From positions 1-64,000 of the IMG/VR virus record IMGVR_UViG_2706795949_000001: a stretch of 64,000 bases of DNA. One strand, 5' to 3'. Origin of the DNA: a virus. Lineage: Duplodnaviria; Caudoviricetes. Position numbers and translations under genes: made by a program. Every line of letters starts with the position of its first letter. Position 1 is the first letter of the stretch. Positions 37,489 to 45,858 of the stretch are shown piece by piece. Below the pieces are notes generated by a model. The model did not search any database, was not told where the DNA came from, and worked only from the letters and a program-made list of their open reading frames with translations.

Positions 37489-37788
37489 ATGGCACTCAAA
37501 GAGGTTCCTTTTGAGGATTACGAGGCCCCTCCTCACGACGGTATTTGGCCCGACAATTTCTTGATTAACAAGGACTGGGTCGACCAGAATGTGAATTACC
37601 AATTCACCGTGCTCCCGAATTCGGGCAGCATGAGCATTCGTCGTCAGGATTCAGAAACAGGCGAGGGCCTTCTTGAGATTAGCCACCTGGCGGTGGCCGA
37701 TCATATCACTACGGTGATTTACCGGATCAATGAAACCGTTCTGATCGAGGATACCGACGTTGAATGCTACGAGATGATTCGAGGTTAA
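37489..37788 (+). CDS. Hypothetical (tail-associated)
   Basis: AAGGAG RBS; position in the tail cluster. Confidence 0.7.
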   Translation: MALKEVPFEDYEAPPHDGIWPDNFLINKDWVDQNVNYQFTVLPNSGSMSIRRQDSETGEGLLEISHLAVADHITTVIYRINETVLIEDTDVECYEMIRG

Positions 37789-37791
37789 TAA

Positions 37792-38157
37792 ATGCCCGTC
37801 ACATATACAGACGCGCACCGGAATGCCGCCGCGATGGCGATAGCCGGGTTGGGAAATAGGGTCGGTCTATATGTCGGCTCGACGCGCGTTGGCACGGTTT
37901 ATGCCGATACGACCTGGGGTGCTGCGGTAAAAATCACCGAGAGCAGCGTGGATAAGGCGCAAACCACGGGATCAAAGGTCACTATTTCTGTTCCAGGTGG
38001 CACGCTGGCAAATGGCTCAATAATCGACCACTACGGAATCCACAACGGCACAACGCTTTTGCGCCGCATTCCGCTTCCACAGTCCGTCGTTGTTAATGAC
38101 GGCTCGCAGGGGTTCGATATTGACGTGACGCCGGTCCTCAAATTCCGAGGAGAATAG
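37792..38157 (+). CDS. Minor tail protein
   Basis: YTDAHRNAAA...YADTTWG...HYGI pattern seen in actinophage tail genes. Confidence 0.65.
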   Translation: MPVTYTDAHRNAAAMAIAGLGNRVGLYVGSTRVGTVYADTTWGAAVKITESSVDKAQTTGSKVTISVPGGTLANGSIIDHYGIHNGTTLLRRIPLPQSVVVNDGSQGFDIDVTPVLKFRGE

Positions 38158-38210
38158 GCACCAGCAGCCTCCGATAGACGCCGACAAGAGTCGACGGATA
38201 CGCTGGGGCC

Positions 38211-38912
38211 ATGCCTACCGTCATCGACTCCGGCTCCTACGTGCCCCCGCCCGCGATCCGCGCGGCGGGGCACGTGGGCAGCTTCGGATACCTCAGCACG
38301 TCGCGACCGGGCGCCAGTTTTTCGGGCAAGCCGATTACCCAGAATTGGGTAGACGACATGAAAAATAATGGCCTGGAAATCATTTCGTGCTGGCAGTACG
38401 GAAAAGATATCACCGCCGACTGGCGGCGCGGATTTAATGGAGGCGTGGCAGATGCGCAAGCAGCCGACCGACGACATAAATCTCTCGGCGGTCCTGAAGA
38501 TGCCCCTATCTATTTCGCTGTCGATAATGACATTGGTCAGCTTGATTGGCGCAGTAGCGTACGGGATTACCTTCGTGGCATTAACTCGGTTATTGGGGTT
38601 GAGCGAACCGGGGTGTACGGACATGACGAATGCTGTCGGTGGGCCGCGCAAGAGGGATTGATTGGCAGAACGCACGACGACAAGACCGGCAAGTTTTACG
38701 CCTGGCAAACCAAGGCGTGGTCCGAGGGGGATATTTTCTCGGGTACTTGCGTATTCCAGAGAATTGTCGACACACAGGCAAATCCTGGTCCGAAAATCAA
38801 CGGCTCAGCCGTTGACGTGAATGACATTTTGAGTCCCGATTACGGCCAGTGGAGCTTTCCGCGCGGAAATTGGGATTTCATTCTGACGCAAATGATGGGA
38901 ACGAGGGACTGA
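38211..38912 (+). CDS. Endolysin, glycoside hydrolase (DUF1906/GH25-like) catalytic protein
   Basis: GYLSTSRPG, WQYGK, IYFAVD, RTGVYG, WQT..WS, VDVN motifs; ends WDFILTQMMGTRD. Confidence 0.85.
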   Translation: MPTVIDSGSYVPPPAIRAAGHVGSFGYLSTSRPGASFSGKPITQNWVDDMKNNGLEIISCWQYGKDITADWRRGFNGGVADAQAADRRHKSLGGPEDAPIYFAVDNDIGQLDWRSSVRDYLRGINSVIGVERTGVYGHDECCRWAAQEGLIGRTHDDKTGKFYAWQTKAWSEGDIFSGTCVFQRIVDTQANPGPKINGSAVDVNDILSPDYGQWSFPRGNWDFILTQMMGTRD

Positions 38913-38913
38913 A

Positions 38914-39270
38914 GTGCAATATAAGCAATTCATTCCAGACGAGCTAATGGAGACCTCGCTTATCGAGGCCACCGAAATGGCTGTAGTAGAAAACCTTCGC
39001 GCAAGTCTGGCCGCCGATGACGACCCGGCTAACGACGATCACGAAATTCAGCTTGACCGCGCTCGCGGAAAAGATGCCCTGGGTCGCAATGGCATTTGGT
39101 TTGTCGGCACCGTGGACGCCGAACCTGAGCCCTATCCGGAGGTGCCTCGCGAAGAATTCGAGGTTGCCGGTGCAGTCAAGGCGCATGACGACGGCTTTGA
39201 ATTGCCGACCGATTACGAGGCGGACGACCCGTATCTTCTTGACCATCTTTACGGAAAGGGGCTGCGGTAA
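38914..39270 (+). CDS. Acidic hypothetical protein in the lysis cassette
   Basis: Tightly coupled between the two lysin genes; very Asp/Glu rich. Confidence 0.65.
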   Translation: MQYKQFIPDELMETSLIEATEMAVVENLRASLAADDDPANDDHEIQLDRARGKDALGRNGIWFVGTVDAEPEPYPEVPREEFEVAGAVKAHDDGFELPTDYEADDPYLLDHLYGKGLR

Positions 39271-39923
39271 TGGCATTCGTTAACGGCCCGCAAATGATGC
39301 GGGATATCGCGAATATGTGTCACGAGCGCTTCGGCACAACCATTGTTTATTCGCCTGGCTGGGAGACTCGCGGAAATGGACAGTCTTGGCCCGCTGGAGG
39401 CCCTAAGGGGTTTGTCGACCATCATACTGCTGGCGGGAATAATATTTATCTTGACCAGAACCTCATCTCCGGGGTTCCTGGACTTAGCGGCCCTCTGTGT
39501 AATTTCGCTGGCCTATACGACGGCGACCTTGCTTTGGTGGCGGCGTATCCGGCGAATCACGCGGGAGCATCGGGAGGATGGGATACTGCACCACTTCCCC
39601 GAACAGGAATGTTCAACCGAGAAGTTCTAGGTATTGAAATGCAGTACCGGGGCACAGAGCCAATGAGCCCCGAGCAATACCAGACACTGCTCGCGGTGAA
39701 TTTCTGTGCCGCCGAGGTTCTTGGGTGGGAAAAGGATTACCGCCGGATCAAGAACCACCAGGGCACGAGTATTCAGGGCAAGTGGGATATGGGGCGCGGA
39801 AATGGCGTCACGTACGACATTAACCAGATTCGTCGGGATATCGCCGCCAAGGGTGGCACCGCCGCAAACGACGACAAGACGTGGGACCGCGTGCTCACGC
39901 AAATGATGGGTACTTCGGCATGA
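39270..39923 (+). CDS. Endolysin, N-acetylmuramoyl-L-alanine amidase (Amidase_2)
   Basis: GWETRG, DHHTA, ANHAG, GIE, NHQ...KWD Zn-amidase motifs; ends WDRVLTQMMGTSA. Confidence 0.9.
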   Translation: MAFVNGPQMMRDIANMCHERFGTTIVYSPGWETRGNGQSWPAGGPKGFVDHHTAGGNNIYLDQNLISGVPGLSGPLCNFAGLYDGDLALVAAYPANHAGASGGWDTAPLPRTGMFNREVLGIEMQYRGTEPMSPEQYQTLLAVNFCAAEVLGWEKDYRRIKNHQGTSIQGKWDMGRGNGVTYDINQIRRDIAAKGGTAANDDKTWDRVLTQMMGTSA

Positions 39924-40156
39924 GTCAGGAAAATCTGCATCCCGCCACACAGGAATTGCTGGGGCATTTCGAGTACGGACACCTGCCGCAGTACCTGCAA
40001 ACGGTGTCGATGTATTTCAGGGACACCGCAGAAACGATGGTCACCAATCTCGGCGAGGGTCCGGAAACGTCCGCAGGTCTGCGAAAGCTGCTTGAAGCAA
40101 AAGACTGCTTTGTCCGACAGGCCGTGAAAAAGATGAAGGAGCACGACGCACAATGA
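39920..40156 (+). CDS. Small helical-hairpin protein (78 aa), possibly Acb2/Tad1-like
   Basis: ATGA overlap start at 39920; HFEYGHLP...GPETSAGLRKLLEAKDCFVR. Confidence 0.7.
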   Translation: MSQENLHPATQELLGHFEYGHLPQYLQTVSMYFRDTAETMVTNLGEGPETSAGLRKLLEAKDCFVRQAVKKMKEHDAQ

Positions 40157-40524
40157 GCGCAAAGGCAGTAGAGGGGCAATTCATGGGCGAGCCAGCAGGC
40201 GGACCGGCAAAGAATCTCGGGTGGCGCGGTCTCGCGCCGCAGCCCGACAATGACGGCAACCGCTGGTCCCAGTTCCGAATTGCCATGAAGTCCGAGGGTG
40301 GCGGAAATGTCGACCGGCAGACAATGGTTGAGGCGCTGGGCACCCTGGTTTTCGAGGCCACGCTCCGCATTAAGGCAGTCACCGACGTGGAAGCGGCCAA
40401 GGCGAAGACCGTGGACGCGAAGCTCGGTGAAACGGTTCTCGGCCACGCAGCAGTTGCGTCGGGCATGGGAATTGCCAACCACGATCTTCTCGTTGAAATC
40501 CGCGACCTACTCAAGTCCAAGTAA
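40153..40524 (+). CDS. Stand-alone lysin A C-terminal (cell-wall-binding-like) domain
   Basis: GQFMG...LGWRGL...QTMVEAL resembles the QLxG...GWxQL...TLVDA motif recalled from mycobacteriophage LysA C-termini. Confidence 0.55.
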   Translation: MSAKAVEGQFMGEPAGGPAKNLGWRGLAPQPDNDGNRWSQFRIAMKSEGGGNVDRQTMVEALGTLVFEATLRIKAVTDVEAAKAKTVDAKLGETVLGHAAVASGMGIANHDLLVEIRDLLKSK

Positions 40525-40539
40525 AAAGGATCACACATA

Positions 40540-40905
40540 ATGACCACCAAAATGCCCGATGAAGGGCAGTTCATCGAGGTCAGAAATCTCGACGGCAAGT
40601 CTGTCGAGATTGTGCGCAATATTCGTGACGTTGTTATCCGCTTGCGCGGAAAACCGTACGAAGAAGGCCAGCGAATGATCGGCTCGAATATTGTTGTTGA
40701 GGCTCGGGTTTATAATAACCAGACTCGACTGTTCGAGACCGATTGGATTAACGTTCCAGCAATGTCTGCCAGTGTTTATGCGGATGCAAATTCGTTTTGC
40801 ACGGCAGACATTCACGTGCATCCGCGTGAGCTAATTAACGTGGAAGCGCTTCTCATGAAAGAGGAGAAATACGATGACGACACCGAATCCGGTGGACCCG
40901 ACTAA
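40540..40905 (+). CDS. Hypothetical protein
   Basis: AAGGA RBS; 121-aa ORF in operon. Confidence 0.7.
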   Translation: MTTKMPDEGQFIEVRNLDGKSVEIVRNIRDVVIRLRGKPYEEGQRMIGSNIVVEARVYNNQTRLFETDWINVPAMSASVYADANSFCTADIHVHPRELINVEALLMKEEKYDDDTESGGPD

Positions 40906-41350
40906 CGATCCGCGTATCCCCGACCTCTCGAACGAGGCAGTAGCCGGACCGAACCTGTTCAATATCCGCACATGGCGTGATGTTATTGCCATGCTGTATG
41001 TGCTGGTGCCGCTGGCGAGCGTCATTCTCGTCAGCTATGGCGTATTCCAGTCCGAGGACGCCGCCGTTTTGGTCGGCGCAATCCTGGGCGTGTTGCAGGT
41101 TATTCTGCAATTTGCCCGCACTGCGGCGTGGGGCCGTCGCATTTTCTACACCGTGTTGCTTGCTGCAAATGCGGTGCTTGTCTGGTGGAAGGTTGTCGAC
41201 CCCGATTTCCTGAGCACCTGGCTCCCACTGATTAACGTTCTGCTCGTCGGTGCGCCCGCCGCAATTGCGGTGCAGAACGTGAATACCTCTGGCGACAATG
41301 TTGTTCCGCTGCGACCGCACGGAAGTGCCGGTCTGGATAACGCTGCATAA
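40874..41350 (+). CDS. Holin-like 4-TM membrane protein
   Basis: Four hydrophobic segments; GAGGAG RBS; downstream of the lysins. Confidence 0.75.
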   Translation: MTTPNPVDPTNDPRIPDLSNEAVAGPNLFNIRTWRDVIAMLYVLVPLASVILVSYGVFQSEDAAVLVGAILGVLQVILQFARTAAWGRRIFYTVLLAANAVLVWWKVVDPDFLSTWLPLINVLLVGAPAAIAVQNVNTSGDNVVPLRPHGSAGLDNAA

Positions 41351-41370
41351 GATCGTCCGAGGGGAATAAG

Positions 41371-41904
41371 ATGAACGCGGAAGCGCCGTACGGCATTCTA
41401 TCTATATGCACAGGAGTAGGTGCATTAGATATTGCCGTGCGGCGCTCTCTGCATAAAAAGGGCATCGACACAGAGTTTGTTGCATTCGTTGAGAATGATC
41501 CGAATTGCAGCAAAGTATTGAGGCACCATTACCCTAATGTTCCAAATCTGGGTGACCTCAAGTCTGTCGGGAATTGGGACGATTACCAGCATGTCAGGGT
41601 AATCACCGCAGGCTTTCCCTGTCAGCCCTTCTCTGTTGCAGGAAACAGATTAGGTGAAAACGATGACAGGTATCTTTGGCCGTTTATCGAAACGGCGATT
41701 CGCACAATTCGACCAGACTACATTTTCTTGGAAAATGTTGCGGGCTTTAGGTCGCAGGGGTTTGGGGGAGTCGCAGCCTCTTTGGCCGCCAACGGGTATG
41801 TTTTTCGATGGCATAGCGTACGAGCTGCTGATATTGGCGCGCCCCACAAGCGAGATCGAGTTTTCATCGTTGCCCGACCTGCTGCCGACACCGGTAGCGT
41901 CTGA
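41371..41904 (+). CDS. C5 cytosine DNA methyltransferase, alpha fragment (motifs I-VIII)
   Basis: CTGVG, AGFPCQPFS, LENV, HKRDRVF; stops after motif VIII. Confidence 0.9.
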   Translation: MNAEAPYGILSICTGVGALDIAVRRSLHKKGIDTEFVAFVENDPNCSKVLRHHYPNVPNLGDLKSVGNWDDYQHVRVITAGFPCQPFSVAGNRLGENDDRYLWPFIETAIRTIRPDYIFLENVAGFRSQGFGGVAASLAANGYVFRWHSVRAADIGAPHKRDRVFIVARPAADTGSV

Positions 41905-42262
41905 CGGCGGCGGTGCCAGCGGATTTGATCCAAAGCGGATTAGGCTCGCTGATTTTCCGTTTCACAGGCTGAATAACTGGGGGAAATATCTTCCCGCTAT
42001 TCAGCGATGGGAAACGGTCACACAGCTTGTGGCACCAAAGCCGCAAGTAATTGATTCACTAGGTCACCGGCAGATTAATCCTGAGTTCGTCGAATGGATT
42101 ATGGGTTTTACGCCGGGACATGTCACCGATCCGGCTATCGGGGCCTCCCGCGCCGCGCAGGTGACGATGCTCGGCAACTCGGTGGTATCCGCCGCCGCAG
42201 AGGACGCATACGATCACTGCCTGGACGCCTGGGAGGACTCCCCGGTGTCTCTAGGTGCCTGA
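41654..42262 (+). CDS. C5 cytosine DNA methyltransferase, beta fragment (motifs IX-X), overlapping alpha in another frame
   Basis: LLPTP, INPEFVEWIMGF, LGNSVV; AGGTGA RBS before the ATG at 41663. Confidence 0.85.
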   Translation: MKTMTGIFGRLSKRRFAQFDQTTFSWKMLRALGRRGLGESQPLWPPTGMFFDGIAYELLILARPTSEIEFSSLPDLLPTPVASDGGGASGFDPKRIRLADFPFHRLNNWGKYLPAIQRWETVTQLVAPKPQVIDSLGHRQINPEFVEWIMGFTPGHVTDPAIGASRAAQVTMLGNSVVSAAAEDAYDHCLDAWEDSPVSLGA

Positions 42263-42277
42263 AGCAAAAGGGAAACA

Positions 42278-42769
42278 GTGGCTATTAAAGATGATTTGAC
42301 CAAGAAGGTCTTCGACTCTCACTCAGGACTATTTGGCATGAAGTATAAAGTAGAACCAGACAGCATTAGCGCGGTACAAAATACTCAGGATACGCTCATG
42401 CTCTACGCGACCTGGGGATTTTTCTACGGCCTGGCGCTCGTCGCACAGCCGGATCAAATCTGGGCATTCGGCTATTACGAAACAGCGAAAATGGTTCCAG
42501 GGTCTCCGGATTCCTGGGGAATCTTCTCTATGATTGGGGGAATATTAATCTTCATCGGCATGATGGTGAGGCCAAAACCGGCGCTGTGTGCAATGGGGTT
42601 GGCCTTTCTGGTTGTCTGGAATTTCTTTTTTGCCTTCAGCTTTTTCCGGGAATACCTCAATGACATGAGCATCGGTTTCCAGCCATGCATCACCTACCTT
42701 GTTCTCTGCCTCTGGGGGATAACTCTCGTGTCTACCTACCGTAAGAGAAATACACATGCCGTACACTAA
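42278..42769 (+). CDS. 4-TM membrane protein (lysis cassette)
   Basis: Four hydrophobic segments. Confidence 0.8.
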   Translation: MAIKDDLTKKVFDSHSGLFGMKYKVEPDSISAVQNTQDTLMLYATWGFFYGLALVAQPDQIWAFGYYETAKMVPGSPDSWGIFSMIGGILIFIGMMVRPKPALCAMGLAFLVVWNFFFAFSFFREYLNDMSIGFQPCITYLVLCLWGITLVSTYRKRNTHAVH

Positions 42770-43202
42770 ATTGCATTTGGATGCCAGAAATCCCTTCGAG
42801 ATTGCGATTATTACTTTCTCGATCTTCTTCTCTTTCATCCAAATCGTTCTCGACCAATACCCCGGCGCTATATACACATTCACCGACGACTTTTATCGTT
42901 ATCTGTGGGCTGGTGCATATCTCCTATCGTCATTAGCTAGTGGCGTAGGAATCTTGCTCAAGCATCATTCTCAAGGCTTGAGCTTGGAGTGTTGGGGTAT
43001 GTATATCATGGGCGGTTCGCTATTTGTTTATGCGATCTGCCTGTTCTCTGTCGGCAAAACAACAGCCCTGTTTGCCGCCGGATTTTTCACGATCATCGCA
43101 GGGGCGTGTTTTGCGAGAGCTATTATCGTTCACAGGGGTTTCCGAAAAATAGCTCGGGGGGACTTTTTACGTCTCGGGGAAGCAGAGAGCAATGAAAAAT
43201 GA
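42756..43202 (+). CDS. 4-TM membrane protein (lysis cassette)
   Basis: Four hydrophobic segments; overlaps the upstream gene. Confidence 0.8.
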   Translation: MPYTKLHLDARNPFEIAIITFSIFFSFIQIVLDQYPGAIYTFTDDFYRYLWAGAYLLSSLASGVGILLKHHSQGLSLECWGMYIMGGSLFVYAICLFSVGKTTALFAAGFFTIIAGACFARAIIVHRGFRKIARGDFLRLGEAESNEK

Positions 43203-43576
43203 ACTTGGACAGCGCACAGTTTTGGGTGCAACTGGCGGTGACACTGCTGTCTACCGGAGGTCTGTTCGGCGGTTATCAGATTTGGAGGGACCGCAAGAAG
43301 GCTGACGCAGAGGCAAAAAAAGAAGATGCCACGGCGGCGGACATAATCCAGGGTTCTGCCGCACGTGAAATCGACCGCATTAATCGGGTGCTCGAAGAGG
43401 AGCGCAAATTATCTATATCCCGTAAACGAGCAGGCGCAAAACTTTATTATCACATGCGCGCCCACGAGGAGTGGGACAGAAAATTACTCAGAAAATTGAG
43501 TGAGGCCGGAATTGAGGTGGAGCTTCCCCCACATCTTGCGTTAACGCAAGAAGAACTAGATGCCCTAGAGATTTAG
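43199..43576 (+). CDS. Single-TM protein with charged coiled-coil (lysis accessory)
   Basis: N-terminal TM followed by a basic/acidic helix. Confidence 0.75.
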   Translation: MNLDSAQFWVQLAVTLLSTGGLFGGYQIWRDRKKADAEAKKEDATAADIIQGSAAREIDRINRVLEEERKLSISRKRAGAKLYYHMRAHEEWDRKLLRKLSEAGIEVELPPHLALTQEELDALEI

Positions 43577-43586
43577 GAGACGCAGC

Positions 43587-43928
43587 ATGGGTGTTCAGGC
43601 TCTACTACAGCCCACACGAATTCAGAACATCGCCATTTATGAGGGCGCTGGCTTGAATTATATCTTTCGTCCGGATCAGGAAATTCCAGAGGGTGCGCTA
43701 GTTTTTATGCGCGCCTATTCCGGCAGAGATTTCAAGGGGCAAAGCTATGTCTCGGTGTGGACGGGGGAACGCACCGTCGACGGGCATTATCGTTTCGAGC
43801 AAGAAGATGACGTGATATACGATTCACGTATTGAGCATGGATCGGCATACAAGATTTACGTGCAGCCAGATATTCATGATCGGTCTACTCGAAAACCAGA
43901 ACAAACAGGAAGGTTCTTAATTCTGTGA
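43587..43928 (+). CDS. Hypothetical protein
   Basis: AGGAG RBS; 113 aa. Confidence 0.7.
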   Translation: MGVQALLQPTRIQNIAIYEGAGLNYIFRPDQEIPEGALVFMRAYSGRDFKGQSYVSVWTGERTVDGHYRFEQEDDVIYDSRIEHGSAYKIYVQPDIHDRSTRKPEQTGRFLIL

Positions 43929-44704
43929 GAACGCTCGTCATAATTTGCCGAGGGATTGGCGAACCACTCGGCACCGGAATGCTATGGAATGTTAAAAAGT
44001 TCCTGCCCGAGGACGTGTTCGATATTATCGAACTGAAGTGGCACGCTGAATACGGCCCGGTTCCCGGCATCATTGGCGATCCGTTTGAAAAGAACCTCGA
44101 AGACGGCGTTTCCCTTTTGCTCGACCTATGCACGAGTGTGTACCGGAACAGAAGGATCGTCGTGCTCGGCTACTCGGGCGGCGCGCAGCTCGCGGGCGAC
44201 GCGCTGGCGATCCTCGCGCGGCGTCCCGGCGACCATAACGTGGTCGGCGGCGTCCTGGTCAGCGATCCGTCGCAGCCCAAGGGCCAGCCGGGAGCCGGTC
44301 GGAAATACGGCATCCGAGGGTCGCGTCCCGTGCCGTCAGGAATTCCGGTGATTTGGTTCTTCGACACCAAGGACGTTATTTGCTGCTGCACACCGGAGCC
44401 CGATTCTCTAATGAGGCTCATTGCGGACGGCAGCGGCGAATTGTCGCTTGGCGGGCCGCGGGCGTGGTCGGGCAGTTTGGCTCGACTCAGGCTCAAGAAA
44501 TTTCAGAAGCACATTATTCCCTGGCGAATGCCAGATAAGATACTCCAGCAATTCAATACAGCGCGCTGGGAAATTGAGGGATATTTATTCAGGGGCGACC
44601 ACACGGAATACTGGAAGCGGACGAATTCCAGAACCGGAAACCAGTATTTCGTAGATATCGCCCGGTGGATTCGGAACGCCTCCGAGTTCACGCCGAGGCG
44701 TTAG
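43925..44704 (+). CDS. lysB: Lysin B (cutinase-like serine esterase)
   Basis: GYSGGA nucleophile elbow, LVSDP, DVICC. Confidence 0.88.
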   Translation: MRTLVIICRGIGEPLGTGMLWNVKKFLPEDVFDIIELKWHAEYGPVPGIIGDPFEKNLEDGVSLLLDLCTSVYRNRRIVVLGYSGGAQLAGDALAILARRPGDHNVVGGVLVSDPSQPKGQPGAGRKYGIRGSRPVPSGIPVIWFFDTKDVICCCTPEPDSLMRLIADGSGELSLGGPRAWSGSLARLRLKKFQKHIIPWRMPDKILQQFNTARWEIEGYLFRGDHTEYWKRTNSRTGNQYFVDIARWIRNASEFTPRR

Positions 44705-44714
44705 CCGGGTCAGA

Positions 44715-44757
44715 CAAAGAAACCCCGTAGCTCAAGTTCAGCTACGGGGTTTCTTTG
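44715..44757. terminator. Bidirectional terminator between the convergent halves
   Basis: CAAAGAAACCCCGTAGCT/AGCTACGGGGTTTCTTTG perfect stem. Confidence 0.9.
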
Positions 44758-44765
44758 TGTGTGAG

Positions 44766-44894
44766 TTATTCGCAGGATGAGAGTTTTGTGGATTCGTGCT
44801 TCCACACGATTTCGAGTCGACCTCGAATTCGCTCGACGAACGGCTTAATTACATCACCGCATCGGTCACAGGTCCGCTTGGATTTCCTACTCAC
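44766..44894 (-). CDS. Small 42-aa protein, not in the ORF track
   Basis: GTG start with AAGGA RBS: VSRKSKRTCDRCGDVIKP...KH...SC. Confidence 0.45.
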   Translation of the reverse strand: MSRKSKRTCDRCGDVIKPFVERIRGRLEIVWKHESTKLSSCE

Positions 44895-44924
44895 AGGATT
44901 CCTTCTTTCTTCGTCATGATCGGG

Positions 44925-45467
44925 TTACAGGACTCGACCGTGCTTGTAGGGTCGAGTGGCGTTGTAGCGCGTCTTGTTGATAAACGCATCCACGAACTGC
45001 TCGATTCCCTCGAAATTCAGGTGGCCGGGATTCTCGCGATCCGTTGCCACCGAATCAGGGATTCTAACAACAGTGTCTGCCAATTCAGTTGACACGCCTT
45101 CCGGCTTGAGAAGTTTTCCATCCTCATTGACCGGCTCCATATAAACGGCATCTTCACCCGACTGTTCCTTATCGTGGTACCAGAGATTTGCCTCACCGCT
45201 CCGGTGTGATTCCAGGGCCTCACTCAACTCGGAATGCATGAGCGCGATTTCCTCGGGAAAACCGCGACCGCTGTCGTGGAAACCCTTGCTTTCCGTGATG
45301 AGCCAGCACGACGTGGCGAGAATTCGCAGAGCGCGGGCAACCTCAGCCGCGCCCTCGTCGGTGAGTGTGCCGGTATGCACGTCGATGTATTCGGGGTCCG
45401 CGCCGTACTTGGCGAAATCCGAGTAGTCGATACCATCAAACGCTTCGCGGGTAGCCTGGTCAGTCAT
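44925..45467 (-). CDS. mazG: MazG-like nucleotide pyrophosphohydrolase
   Basis: EEIALMHSELSEALE...ELADTVVR; start moved to 45467 (AGGAG RBS). Confidence 0.82.
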   Translation of the reverse strand: MTDQATREAFDGIDYSDFAKYGADPEYIDVHTGTLTDEGAAEVARALRILATSCWLITESKGFHDSGRGFPEEIALMHSELSEALESHRSGEANLWYHDKEQSGEDAVYMEPVNEDGKLLKPEGVSTELADTVVRIPDSVATDRENPGHLNFEGIEQFVDAFINKTRYNATRPYKHGRVL

Positions 45468-45858
45468 TGTTTCTCTCCTGATTTCTTTCTTCAATTTCCA
45501 TGCGGACATAAACGAGTGCATCGGCTGTTTCGTCCAATGCGTCGGACAACTGGTTGCGGCCATTATTGGGCTGCAACGGTGTGCCGTATTTGGCGAGACC
45601 GAAATTCTTGCGATTCAGCATTTCGGTCTCTGGATTTCTGTCTAGCACTCGGCAGATTTGCGAGTAAATACTAGCCAGCTTGAAATATAAAATCTCCAGG
45701 CTGTCGTCACTCGCGCCGAGAATCATCCTGCCGCTATGCAAATCCTGGATCACCAGGTCGTGGGCAGATGGACCGTCATTAGGCTCTGGTCGCGGCTGTA
45801 CTGGAATATTATTCTGGCTGCGCAACAAATCGTCTGCATCAGAAACAATGTCACCCAC
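45460..45858 (-). CDS. All-alpha NTP pyrophosphatase-like protein
   Basis: RKNFGLAKYGTPL...DALDETADALVY pattern. Confidence 0.55.
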   Translation of the reverse strand: MGDIVSDADDLLRSQNNIPVQPRPEPNDGPSAHDLVIQDLHSGRMILGASDDSLEILYFKLASIYSQICRVLDRNPETEMLNRKNFGLAKYGTPLQPNNGRNQLSDALDETADALVYVRMEIEERNQERNND

